DNA of 64,000 nucleotides, taken from contig CAZUDQ010000001.1 in assembly GCA_964619365.1 (NCBI GenBank), positions 82,929 to 146,928 on the forward strand, written 5' to 3'. Position numbers and translations under genes: made by a program. The notes below the pieces were generated by a model. The model saw only the letters and a program-made list of their open reading frames with translations. It was not told the origin of the DNA and did no database searches. This stretch comes from an uncultured archaeon. GTDB lineage: Archaea; Altiarchaeota; Altiarchaeia; JAFGQM01. Below are positions 48,300-57,954 of the stretch, in pieces (the stretch's first letter is position 1; every line of letters begins with the position of its first letter).

Positions 48300-49952
48300 A
48301 TGGAAACCCCTAAAGGAATTTCAAAGGCATGTGAAAAAGAAGCCAGTGATGCTCTTTTTTGGGCGGACAAATACGCAAGCGAAATAATAAACCGCAAGAC
48401 TTACCTGTATTCGGATAAGGAATATGTGCTTCCAAAACATCCGACTGTAAAAACATCATCTTCACTTTCTGGAGTTCTTCATATCGGGCGACTTACTGAT
48501 ATCATACGGGGTGAAGCCGTACACCGTGCCCTTCAAAAGCAGGGTATTGATTCGACACTCATCTATGTCGCAGAAGATATGGACCCCTTGCGGAAGATTC
48601 CAAAGGGCGTCCCTGAAAGCTACCGTGAGTATATTGGAATGCCTGTTACTGATATACCAGATCCATTCGGATGCCATAAAACATATGCTGAACATCACGT
48701 TCAGGAATTCTTTAATATCTTCTCGGATTTTGTGGAGGAAGAGCCTACAAAATATTCCATGCGGGAAGAATATATCAAGGGAAATTTTGACGATTCTATA
48801 AAAAACGTCCTTGACAATACTGCACATGTGCGTGAGATAATAAACGGCTTTAAGAGTGAGCCACTTGCCCCAGACTGGACGCCTTATCAGGTAGTCTGTG
48901 AGAACTGCGGCAAGATAATGACGACAAAAGTGACTGGCTATAATCCTGAGACTGGAAAGGTTGCCTATAAGTGCGTCGATTATGATTTTAAGAAGGAAAA
49001 GGCCCTTGGCTGCGGTTATGAGGGTGAAGTTGAACCCAAAGGCAAGAACGGAAAGCTTGTCTGGAAAAGCGAGTGGGCATGCCAGTGGAAGAGATGGGAT
49101 GTTGTAGCAGAGGGTGCGGGGAAGGAATACATTGTTCCAAATAGCGCATTTTTTGTTAACGCCCACATCTGCGAGGATGTTGTCGGCTACCCTGCAATAA
49201 CCCCGATATTCTATGAATACATAACAATCGGTGGGGGCGATAAGATGAGTGCGTCAGTTGGAAACGTCGTTTATCCAAAGGACTGGTTAAGAATTGCTCC
49301 ACCTGAAGCATTGCGTCTTCTTTTCCTAAAAAGGATTACAAAGACACGCGACTTTAAGTGGGACGACGTCCCCCGACTATTAGATGAGCTTGATGAGATT
49401 GAACGTGTCTACTATGGACTTAAAGACGGTGGCAGCGCTACAGAGCATATAAAATGCCTTTATGAGGCGGCACTACCGCACGCGCCTGCAAAAGAATACC
49501 TAGCAAGGGCGCCTTACTCTATCTGCTCTCTTGCTTGGCAGGTTGGAGGGGGAAACTTAGAGCACGCAAACGAAGTACTTTTGCGACTTGGATACACGCC
49601 AAATGAACGGACTGATGCCCTATTGCCACTTGCAGGAACCTGGGGCAAAGAACATGGGGACGCAATAACAATTCAAAAGGAGATTCCAAAGGAGGCTTTT
49701 GCTTTATCCCCCAGTCAGAAAAAAGCTCTCGAAGATATTGCAGGTCTTCTTGGTCAAAAGAACTCATGGGAAGCAAAGGAATTTGCCAAGGGAATGTTTG
49801 GGATAGCTAAGGAAAACGACCTAAAGCCGCCTGAACTCTTTAAATCCGTCTATATCACACTTCTTGGAAAAGATCGCGGACCAAAAGCGGCGGCATTCAT
49901 TCTTTCACTTGAACCGGAATTTGCAAAAAACCGGCTTTTGCTTAAGGAATAA
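48300..49952 (+). CDS. lysS: Lysyl-tRNA synthetase, class I
   Basis: FWAD, SGVLHIG, DMDPLRKIP, GKLVWK.EW, KMSAS.GN, RGPK. Confidence 0.93.
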   Translation: METPKGISKACEKEASDALFWADKYASEIINRKTYLYSDKEYVLPKHPTVKTSSSLSGVLHIGRLTDIIRGEAVHRALQKQGIDSTLIYVAEDMDPLRKIPKGVPESYREYIGMPVTDIPDPFGCHKTYAEHHVQEFFNIFSDFVEEEPTKYSMREEYIKGNFDDSIKNVLDNTAHVREIINGFKSEPLAPDWTPYQVVCENCGKIMTTKVTGYNPETGKVAYKCVDYDFKKEKALGCGYEGEVEPKGKNGKLVWKSEWACQWKRWDVVAEGAGKEYIVPNSAFFVNAHICEDVVGYPAITPIFYEYITIGGGDKMSASVGNVVYPKDWLRIAPPEALRLLFLKRITKTRDFKWDDVPRLLDELDEIERVYYGLKDGGSATEHIKCLYEAALPHAPAKEYLARAPYSICSLAWQVGGGNLEHANEVLLRLGYTPNERTDALLPLAGTWGKEHGDAITIQKEIPKEAFALSPSQKKALEDIAGLLGQKNSWEAKEFAKGMFGIAKENDLKPPELFKSVYITLLGKDRGPKAAAFILSLEPEFAKNRLLLKE

Positions 49953-50098
49953 CTGACATACGCGTTTCATTAAATCAGGATTCGGTTTCAGGAATTTTTA
50001 GCTGGTGACAAGAAAACTGTTATCCTGTTTCGGACAAAATAAGAATAGGTTAGAGTGTAGTCTGCTTTTAACCCGAAAAATTAAAAAATAACAAAACA

Positions 50099-50458
50099 AT
50101 GACAATAATAGGAAACCTTATAAACGTTGGAGCAGAGCAAATTGAGGTGGTATCCAAAGCTGTGATGGGCTCGCAACGCAATGGCGGTGAATTCTTGTTC
50201 ATCGGTAGAGGGGGCCCAACTCCTTATGCAATACTCATAATACAACTGATAATAATTGTGGCGGCAGTCGTGGTTCTTTGGTGGATATTCAAAAAACAAG
50301 AAGCTTCCTCAAAATTGCACCGCGGGGAAAGCCCTCTTGACATACTCAATAAGAGATATGCGACAGGGGGAATCTCAAAGGCACAGTTTGAAGAGATAAA
50401 AAAGGATATAGGAACTTCTGTAAAAACAACGGAGAAGAAAATAAAAAAAGATTCATAA
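50099..50458 (+). CDS. SHOCT-domain membrane protein
   Basis: TM helix followed by PLDILNKRYATGGISKAQFEEIKK. Confidence 0.8.
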   Translation: MTIIGNLINVGAEQIEVVSKAVMGSQRNGGEFLFIGRGGPTPYAILIIQLIIIVAAVVVLWWIFKKQEASSKLHRGESPLDILNKRYATGGISKAQFEEIKKDIGTSVKTTEKKIKKDS

Positions 50459-50465
50459 ATCATAA

Positions 50466-50879
50466 ATGGAGATATCTGAAAAAAAACTTGCAATAGGGAT
50501 TGCAACGCTTCTCGGGCTTGCTATAATCTTTGCTTGGATAAGCGGGAGTTATAGTGTAGAGACTGGAGAAGAGCTCTCATTTGAGGTATACTTAATAACA
50601 ATTGTCGCATTTGTTGCGGGGGCTTTTGTCGCAATACTTTTCCAGTCTTCAAGAGGTAAAGCAGAGCTTGAGCGTGTGCTTAAGGTTCTCCCCGGAGACG
50701 AACGCACAGTCATAAAGATACTCCTTGAAAACAACGGTAAAATCGAACAGAACTATCTTGTCGTGCTTTCAGGTTTTAATAAAGTCAAGGTATCAAGAAT
50801 AGTTGCAAAACTTGAAGAACGGGGCGTTATTGACAAAAAATTCCTCGGAAACACAAACTACCTCATCTTAAAAGTCTAG
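50466..50879 (+). CDS. Membrane-anchored winged-HTH protein
   Basis: Two TM helices, then L..DER.VI..L....G.I.Q..L....GF.K.KVSRI...LE.RG.I.K...G.TN. Confidence 0.8.
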   Translation: MEISEKKLAIGIATLLGLAIIFAWISGSYSVETGEELSFEVYLITIVAFVAGAFVAILFQSSRGKAELERVLKVLPGDERTVIKILLENNGKIEQNYLVVLSGFNKVKVSRIVAKLEERGVIDKKFLGNTNYLILKV

Positions 50880-50888
50880 AAGCTTTAT

Positions 50889-51194
50889 TCAATCTTTGAC
50901 AGGACTTGTACTGCCACACCAAAAACAAAGAAGTTTAGCTCCGGTTTTTGAAACGGGCGCGTGGACATCTGTTGTGTTGTTTATGAAAAAATCGCCTTTT
51001 TTATGTTTTCCTTTTTCATCTTCGAGTTCGCCCTCTAAGACATACACCCATTCGATATCATCATGGTAATGTGGCTTGTCGGATAGGTTCGGGGCAATCT
51101 CGATTATATCCAGTTGCATCTTCTTTTCCTCGTATCTGGCAAGAGGCTTTCTGCGAACGCCGTCTCTAACCTGAATCCACTCATCTTCTGTCAT
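50889..51194 (-). CDS. Cupin-domain protein
   Basis: PHYH...EWVYVLEG...GDF......H.P. Confidence 0.82.
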   Translation of the reverse strand: MTEDEWIQVRDGVRRKPLARYEEKKMQLDIIEIAPNLSDKPHYHDDIEWVYVLEGELEDEKGKHKKGDFFINNTTDVHAPVSKTGAKLLCFWCGSTSPVKD

Positions 51195-51697
51195 TCTGTT
51201 AAACTGCTTGCTATCTTTTGGCCGAATGCTTTTGCCGCACCCGGGCCATTTGCCGTGATTATCTTGCCATCTGCTTCTAGCTCAGTTCCCGTCCAAATGG
51301 CTCCATGCTCTTTTAGTGAGCCTTCTTGGGACGGCCATGCAGTCGCTTTTATGCCATCTAAGACTCCTGCGTTTGCAAGAGTTGTTGGGGCGATACATAT
51401 CGCGGCAAGAATCTTTCCTTTTTCCTTAGCATCCCTTGCAATCGACCAGGCGTTTTGGTCTTTAAAAAATACTGAAGATCCCCCGCCTCCGATAAAGGCG
51501 ATAGCTGCGTAATCATCAACATTAAGTTCTGGAAGAGTGATACTTGCCTCAGCGCGACCCCCAAGAACTCCCGTTAGCTCTCCTTTTTTTGTACTTGCGC
51601 TAACTACTTTTATTCCTTTCTTTTCCAGTTCCTCTTTTGTGTCGAAATATTCTTCGTCCCTGAAATCACTCGGGGCAACTATCAATAAAACTTTCAT
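51191..51697 (-). CDS. DJ-1/PfpI family protein
   Basis: FRDEE, FIGG.G, AAICIAP, IITANGP. Confidence 0.9.
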   Translation of the reverse strand: MKVLLIVAPSDFRDEEYFDTKEELEKKGIKVVSASTKKGELTGVLGGRAEASITLPELNVDDYAAIAFIGGGGSSVFFKDQNAWSIARDAKEKGKILAAICIAPTTLANAGVLDGIKATAWPSQEGSLKEHGAIWTGTELEADGKIITANGPGAAKAFGQKIASSLTE

Positions 51698-52367
51698 TTT
51701 CCAGTCCGTCATTCGTTATTTTAAAGATACATGATGCGCCCTCTTTTTTTGTCGGGTGGCGAGTTAGGGTTGCTCGGCGCGATGTCCCTTCCTTTTCAAG
51801 TTTTATTGTTGTTTTTGTCCAGTATTTTAGTACGTCGCGGCCAACCGGAACGACTTCGCTTTTATTGTCTTTGGAGTCGCCTTTTGTAAATGAAGAATAT
51901 ACTTGATTGGTAACAATTACTGGAATCTTATACTTTCTTGCAATCTTAGAGAGAAGGGCGAGCTGGCGGGAAAGCTCCCTGTTTGTCCTGTATGCGTCTT
52001 CTCCTGATGACATTTCAAGGCGATAAAGTGAAACTAGTGAATCCACTATGACAAGACCGACGTTGCCATCTATGCATAAATCCTGAATTTTCCCTATTGC
52101 AATCTTTTGCTCGTCAAAATCAGCCGGTTCTGCAATCAATATTGATTTTAGAAGCTCCTGGGTATCGCTTTTTGTCAGTTGTTTAAAGCGTTCTGTTGAA
52201 AATGAGCCTTCGCTGTCAATGAAAACTGCGCGCTTGCCAGATTTTGCGCACTCTATTGCCGCAAGCATGCAGATATTTGTCTTGCCTGATGCCGCTTCCC
52301 CATATATCTGGGAAATTGTCTTTGGCAAAAAGTTTGTTAGTTCCTTGACTGAAAGTCCCTCATCCAT
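51666..52367 (-). CDS. radB: DNA repair protein RadB
   Basis: GEAASGKT, IDSEG, IVDS, TNQVY; no RadA N-terminal domain. Confidence 0.88.
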   Translation of the reverse strand: MDEGLSVKELTNFLPKTISQIYGEAASGKTNICMLAAIECAKSGKRAVFIDSEGSFSTERFKQLTKSDTQELLKSILIAEPADFDEQKIAIGKIQDLCIDGNVGLVIVDSLVSLYRLEMSSGEDAYRTNRELSRQLALLSKIARKYKIPVIVTNQVYSSFTKGDSKDNKSEVVPVGRDVLKYWTKTTIKLEKEGTSRRATLTRHPTKKEGASCIFKITNDGLENESFIDSCPE

Positions 52368-52454
52368 TTCTCTTTAATTTTGGGGCTTGAAGGTAAAAAG
52401 ATTGTTGGGCTATTGTTTTTTAGTCTTATGTCTGAATAATAATACAAGAGACAA

Positions 52455-54611
52455 ATGGTTTTTAAACTAAAGGTAGCAGAGGCTTTCAGAACTGATGTCG
52501 GGCGCGGTATCGTGCGTATCAGCGGCGATGTTATGGAGTCCCTTGGAATCGCAAGTGGGGGTGTTGTCGAGGTTCTCGGTAAAAGAAGGACTACTGCCGT
52601 TGCCTGGCGAGGTCATCCACAGGATGATGGACTTGATGTTGTTCGTATGGACGGTTTTGTCAGACACAATTGCGGCGTTTCGATGGGTGATAGCATTCTC
52701 ATCAAGCGTGCAAATCCCCAGGAGGCTGAAAGCGTTGAATTTGCTCCTGTAGAAAAAGTCAAAATATCTGGCAATTTTACCCAATACTTAAAACACAGGC
52801 TTCAGGGGAGAGCTCTTGTTGAAGGCGACAGAATAGTTGTCGGGGTTCTTGGCTCCACAATACCTTTTGTTGTTACAAAAACTGTTCCTTCAGGAATTGT
52901 AAGTATAACAGAAAGGACAAAGGTTGGGAGTAGTGCTTTTGGCTCTGGCTCAAAAGAAGAGCGTCCCATGCCAAAAATAACTTATGAGGATATAGGCAGT
53001 CTTGATTCGGAGATAAAAAAGATCAGGGAAATGGTTGAGCTTCCCATGAAGCATCCTGAAATCTTTAAAAAACTTGGTATTGAACCACCAAAAGGTGTTC
53101 TTTTATATGGGCCACCGGGAACTGGAAAGACGCTTCTTGCAAAGGCTGTAGCTTCAGAGATTGATGTTAACTTTGTCGTACTCAATGGTCCTGAAATAGT
53201 ATCAAAGTGGTATGGGCAATCAGAACAGAATCTAAGGAAAGTCTTTAAGGATGCAGAAGAGAGTGCACCGTCGGTGATATTCATTGATGAGATTGATGCC
53301 ATTGCACCAAAACGCTCAGAAGTCCAGGGTGAAGTCGAAAAAAGAATAGTCGCTCAGCTTCTAACTCTTCTTGACGGTCTTGAAAGCCGTGGGAATGTTA
53401 TGGTTATAGGCGCAACAAACAGGGAAAGCGTATTAGATCCCGCCCTTAGACGCCCTGGGCGATTTGACCGTGAGATATCACTCGGAGTTCCTGACAAAGC
53501 AGGAAGACGCGAGATACTTGAGATTCATACTCGCAGCATGCCTCTTGCAAAGAATGTAAAAATCGATGCGATTGCGGCAACTACCCATGGTTTTGTCGGG
53601 GCAGACCTTTCAGCACTTTGTAAGGAAGCCGCATTTGGCGTCCTCAGGCGACTCCTTCCCGAAATGGACCTTGAGAAGGGAGAGATTCCAGATGATGTGC
53701 TTGAGAAGCTCATAGTTACAAAAAACGACTTTGATGAAGCATTAAAGAATATAGAGCCTTCTGCAATGCGCGAGGTTCTTGTTGAGACGCCCTCTTGTTC
53801 CTGGAAAGATATTGGTGGCTTAAAACACGTAAAAAATAATCTTACTCGGGTTGTCGAAAAACCGATACGCGAGCCTGAAACTTTCAAAAAATATGGTATA
53901 AAACCGGCGCGCGGTGTGCTTTTATATGGACCCCCAGGATGTGGAAAGACGCTTCTTGCAAGAGCTGTTGCCGGGGAGAGTGAAGCTAATTTCATCTCAG
54001 TAAAGGGACCTGAAGTTCTTAGTATGTGGCTTGGGGAGAGTGAAAAGGCCATACGAAACATCTTTAAGAAAGCAAGACAGGTGGCGCCGTGTGTAATCTT
54101 TTTTGATGAGATTGATGCCTTGGCAGGAAAGCGTGGATTTGACAATAGCCGCGCTGGCGACCGCGTATTAAACCAGCTTTTAACAGAGATGGATGGGATA
54201 GAAGAACTGGAAAATGTAATAGTCCTTGCCGCGACAAACAGACCGGATCTTGTTGACGGGGCGCTTATGCGACCTGGAAGATTTGATCAGCTTGTTCTCG
54301 TGGGATCTCCTGATAAAGAGGCACGCCTTAATATCTTTAAAGTCCATACAAGGGAGATGCCCGTCCAGAAAGTCAATTTTTCAGAACTTACTGAACTTAC
54401 TGAAGGATACAGCGGAGCAGATATTGAAGCGGTATGTAGAGAGGCTGCGTATGCGGCAATGGATGAAAAAAGTGAAAAGGTCACAAACAAACATTTCCTG
54501 TCTGCTCTTGGAAAAGTCAGGCCGTCAATAAACGAATCTGAAATACGGGCTTATATTGACTACTCAAGGAAGTCAGGAGAGGGACCTTTAAACGAAGCTA
54601 GTTATGCTTAG
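52455..54611 (+). CDS. cdc48: CDC48/VCP AAA+ ATPase
   Basis: N domain with DVGRG.VR; two AAA modules (GPPGTGKT and GPPGCGKT), each with DEID and RPGRFD. Confidence 0.96.
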   Translation: MVFKLKVAEAFRTDVGRGIVRISGDVMESLGIASGGVVEVLGKRRTTAVAWRGHPQDDGLDVVRMDGFVRHNCGVSMGDSILIKRANPQEAESVEFAPVEKVKISGNFTQYLKHRLQGRALVEGDRIVVGVLGSTIPFVVTKTVPSGIVSITERTKVGSSAFGSGSKEERPMPKITYEDIGSLDSEIKKIREMVELPMKHPEIFKKLGIEPPKGVLLYGPPGTGKTLLAKAVASEIDVNFVVLNGPEIVSKWYGQSEQNLRKVFKDAEESAPSVIFIDEIDAIAPKRSEVQGEVEKRIVAQLLTLLDGLESRGNVMVIGATNRESVLDPALRRPGRFDREISLGVPDKAGRREILEIHTRSMPLAKNVKIDAIAATTHGFVGADLSALCKEAAFGVLRRLLPEMDLEKGEIPDDVLEKLIVTKNDFDEALKNIEPSAMREVLVETPSCSWKDIGGLKHVKNNLTRVVEKPIREPETFKKYGIKPARGVLLYGPPGCGKTLLARAVAGESEANFISVKGPEVLSMWLGESEKAIRNIFKKARQVAPCVIFFDEIDALAGKRGFDNSRAGDRVLNQLLTEMDGIEELENVIVLAATNRPDLVDGALMRPGRFDQLVLVGSPDKEARLNIFKVHTREMPVQKVNFSELTELTEGYSGADIEAVCREAAYAAMDEKSEKVTNKHFLSALGKVRPSINESEIRAYIDYSRKSGEGPLNEASYA

Positions 54612-54699
54612 ACTGCATAAAGGATTAGTTCTGTTATAGGCCCAAGCTTTTAATCCACTGTTGGATAAATATACACCCAAACCAAGTTTATCCATTAAT

Positions 54700-56055
54700 A
54701 TGAGTCCTTGCTCCAAAATAGCGGTTTTTGGAATCGGTGGCGCAGGCTGTAAGATTGCAGGCAACTTAGCTGAGATGGCACCGGAAGGTCTTGAGATAGG
54801 TGTTATAGACAAAGATGAGCGCGACTTTGCAGGTCTTCCAGAAAGTGTAAAAAGGATAGATATCGGACAGGCTGTGGCTTGCAAGAATGGAAAGCCTTCT
54901 GAAGTAAAAGAAGCTGTTTCGCGCGATATCAAAAAAATAGAAGATGCACTTGAGGGGGCTGATATTGCAATAATCATTGCGAGCCTTGGCGGGAAAACTG
55001 GTGCTTGTCTTGCCGAATTTGTTTCAGAAGCATGTGAAAACATGGGTGTGACAACAATATTTGTCCCAATATACCCCGCATCAAATATGGGTATGGGAAC
55101 AGACTTTGCAGACTCGGTAATAAAACGCATGAGGAAAAAGGCAGACGCCGTTTTAATCATTGATAATAATTTGAAACTACGAAGTTCGGGAAAGCCCATG
55201 CTTTATGTTTTCAGAGAAGTAAACAGGCTTGTTGTCGAACTGGTTCTATTAATCTCCCATTCGGTTATGGGTCTTGGTGATACAAGTCTTGGCGAAGATG
55301 GTGTTCGCAGATTCTTTTGTGGCGAAAAGCAGTTCATTGTGACTTCTGGAAGAGAAGTCAGCCTTAAACGTGCTATTGAAGGGGCAATAAACGAGGCTGG
55401 AATGTATGCTGAAAAACCTATGATAAAAAGGGCGCTTGCCCTAGTATCAAGCCCTCGCGAACTTGACATTCTTGAGATGCGGGAGCTTAACACTTCAATG
55501 AGAAGAGAACTTAATATTGACGATATTGAATGGTCATGTAGCTATGTTGGGGATGGCTATAACTCTTTTATTCTTGTTGCAGAAGTCGGAGAACTGCCGC
55601 TTGTAGACGGTGTTGAACTCCCGGCTGAGATTGAGCCCGAAGGGCCTGTTTCAATAAAGGAGGAAACCCCATATCCCAAAGGAGAGTTTGAGGTACTTGA
55701 AAAGACTGCTAATGTAATAGATAAGAGCAACAATGACTTATTTGGCGGCATCATGCCTAAGGTTGAAACCGGAAAAGATATGCCTGGTCTTAATGTTAAT
55801 CCATTGCCAGAGTGGAAGGGCGGTTCTGCAAGGGGCAGATTCAAGCGACAGGCTTTGATTGGTATAAACCGAGAAAAACCTAGGGACGCGCCAAAAGTAA
55901 AAGAAGAACCTGTTGTAGTTCCAGCCAAGGGCGAAGCGCGCCCTCCTGATGATGTATGGACTGCAGCATGTGAACTTTCGGGTCATCCCCCGACACCAAA
56001 GCCAAAAGAGAAGGAAAAGCCAAAGAAGGACAACTTTGGTATAGAATATATCTAA
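54700..56055 (+). CDS. Divergent FtsZ/tubulin-family protein with a long Pro/charged C-terminal tail
   Basis: GIGGAGCKI, SLGGKTG, IIDNN; tail ends in FGIEYI. Confidence 0.75.
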   Translation: MSPCSKIAVFGIGGAGCKIAGNLAEMAPEGLEIGVIDKDERDFAGLPESVKRIDIGQAVACKNGKPSEVKEAVSRDIKKIEDALEGADIAIIIASLGGKTGACLAEFVSEACENMGVTTIFVPIYPASNMGMGTDFADSVIKRMRKKADAVLIIDNNLKLRSSGKPMLYVFREVNRLVVELVLLISHSVMGLGDTSLGEDGVRRFFCGEKQFIVTSGREVSLKRAIEGAINEAGMYAEKPMIKRALALVSSPRELDILEMRELNTSMRRELNIDDIEWSCSYVGDGYNSFILVAEVGELPLVDGVELPAEIEPEGPVSIKEETPYPKGEFEVLEKTANVIDKSNNDLFGGIMPKVETGKDMPGLNVNPLPEWKGGSARGRFKRQALIGINREKPRDAPKVKEEPVVVPAKGEARPPDDVWTAACELSGHPPTPKPKEKEKPKKDNFGIEYI

Positions 56056-56074
56056 GATTGTCAGTGATTATAAA

Positions 56075-57298
56075 ATGAATGAACAAAAAGTTTTGATGAT
56101 TTCTTGTGTTTTTGTATTGCTTTTTAGTGCCATTTGCCTCGGGGATGTCAGTATTACAGATGAAGGTGATGTCGGTGTCAACGGGAAAAACGTCGCAAGA
56201 ATAGAAGTGAAAAACGAGTGCGATGGCGCAGCAAGCGTCTCTGCAAGCGTTGAGTGTTCAAGCCCGATAAGCTGCAGTGTTTCACCGACTAGCGCGACAA
56301 TAGCTGAGAATGCTACAAAAAAGTTCACAGTAACGCTGACAGGAAGACTTTGGACGCAAACTTCCACAGTCACTTTTGAGATATCAGGTTCTTGTGAGGA
56401 CGGTTCTGAGTTTACTGAATCAACATCATTTGACGCAACGCCTCCTGATTATGACCTGGAAATCATCAGTCCAAAAAAGAAGATATCCATTGTGGAAAAA
56501 GAGGGGATAAGCACAAGTTTTGATGCTGTTGTAAGAAACACTGGTGAGGGTGACTTAGAGGGTGTGGAAATAACCATAAAAAGTGTTTATAACACAACAA
56601 ACTGTGACTGGGATACCTCTCCAAATTCACTCAAGCCCGGAGAATCAGCAAGGTATAAGGTTACATGTCAAAACCTCACATTTAGCGGTCGTGACATAAG
56701 TATAGAAGCCAGCGAATCCCATGATGTCGCATTTGACAGTGAGCTTTTGCGAATAAATGTTGTTGGAGCCATAAAGAACCCGGGTCTTGAAATTCTTGCC
56801 CCGCTTGAAAACGAGCTATTCGAATTTACAGAACTGCCGGGCAAAGTCACTCTTGAGATAAATAATACAGGAAATGTTGATTTCTCGGACCTAAGTTTCC
56901 TTGTAGAAGGCATGGAATCGTCATCAGACTCATTTAATCTTGCTGTAAACGAAGCACTAAACGTGACTGTTTTCCTTATGGCCCCCACAGGAAACGGGTA
57001 TGCACGAATAGCCATTCTTACTCCAGGTTCAAATTCAGCACTTGCTGAAGTCACTGTAAGGAGTTTTGTCGCAGAGTCCATTGAGATAACAGAACCTGTC
57101 TTAAATGAGACTCTAAATGAAACTGTCAATGAAACGATTGTTGAGAATAACACGACAAAAAGCGATGAAGAACTTCCTTTCTGGCTTGCAAGCAACATAA
57201 TAAAGGGCATTCCTGATCTTGCTCTCTTTGTGGCAATTATCCTTGTTGTAGCAATAATTGTTTATATCGGATATAGGGAAGGTCCGGTAGCCAACTAA
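56075..57298 (+). CDS. Secreted, C-terminally anchored Ig-like (CARDB-like) surface protein
   Basis: Signal peptide; V.N.G...L.PGES-type units; many N-x-S/T sequons; C-terminal TM. Confidence 0.75.
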   Translation: MNEQKVLMISCVFVLLFSAICLGDVSITDEGDVGVNGKNVARIEVKNECDGAASVSASVECSSPISCSVSPTSATIAENATKKFTVTLTGRLWTQTSTVTFEISGSCEDGSEFTESTSFDATPPDYDLEIISPKKKISIVEKEGISTSFDAVVRNTGEGDLEGVEITIKSVYNTTNCDWDTSPNSLKPGESARYKVTCQNLTFSGRDISIEASESHDVAFDSELLRINVVGAIKNPGLEILAPLENELFEFTELPGKVTLEINNTGNVDFSDLSFLVEGMESSSDSFNLAVNEALNVTVFLMAPTGNGYARIAILTPGSNSALAEVTVRSFVAESIEITEPVLNETLNETVNETIVENNTTKSDEELPFWLASNIIKGIPDLALFVAIILVVAIIVYIGYREGPVAN

Positions 57299-57304
57299 AG
57301 AAAA

Positions 57305-57937
57305 CTAGATACTTGTATCCGCGTGACGGGTTGCATAAATTATTCTTTGGATTGCGGTTAGGTTTGTAAGAACTGCGGTAAGTGCCAGAATGTATACCAA
57401 AAACGCTGGGTCAAAGTATCCAAGTATCATCGCAGCATAGACCAAAATAAGTCTTTCGGCGCGCTCAATAAATCCACCCATCGCCTTTAGTTTCTTTTCG
57501 TCTGTTATTACACTTTTGTGGTCGGCATAGGCTTTAACAAATGTTGTCATAAATGCACCGAATATCAGTAGTGCAACCCATATGCTGTTTGGAATTCCAA
57601 GGATTTCTGTTGGGACAAGTGTCACATACGTGTAGATTAAGATACCCATGTAGAGCAGTATTTCAATGTATCTATCCACCACTCCGTCAAGAAACGCGCC
57701 AAAGTTTGTTGCCCTTCCCGTCGCACGGGCAACAGCGCCGTCTATCATATCCATTGCGCCTGCAAGAATAAAGAATGCAGCGCCAATAAGAAGCTTTCCG
57801 TAACAAAGCGCGATAAGGCCTCCGAATGCTGGCAATATGGAGATAAGTGTCCACATGTTAGGTGACAAACCAAGTTTTGCAAATGCGATTCCGACTTTTA
57901 TTGAAAAGCCGTTTGCAGTACCAGTATTCTTTAGCAT
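57305..57937 (-). CDS. CDP-alcohol phosphatidyltransferase (probable archaetidylinositol phosphate synthase)
   Basis: SPN, D..DGAVARATG..T.FGAFLD..VDR; downstream of ino1. Confidence 0.88.
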   Translation of the reverse strand: MLKNTGTANGFSIKVGIAFAKLGLSPNMWTLISILPAFGGLIALCYGKLLIGAAFFILAGAMDMIDGAVARATGRATNFGAFLDGVVDRYIEILLYMGILIYTYVTLVPTEILGIPNSIWVALLIFGAFMTTFVKAYADHKSVITDEKKLKAMGGFIERAERLILVYAAMILGYFDPAFLVYILALTAVLTNLTAIQRIIYATRHADTSI

Positions 57938-57954
57938 TTTGTTTTTGTCTTATT

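Noticed and set aside
48462-49166. Long antisense ORFs (also 53525-54145, 54588-55199, 45892-46437, 56668-57210)
   Set aside because: They lie opposite well-supported genes and have no motifs, so they are typical shadow ORFs
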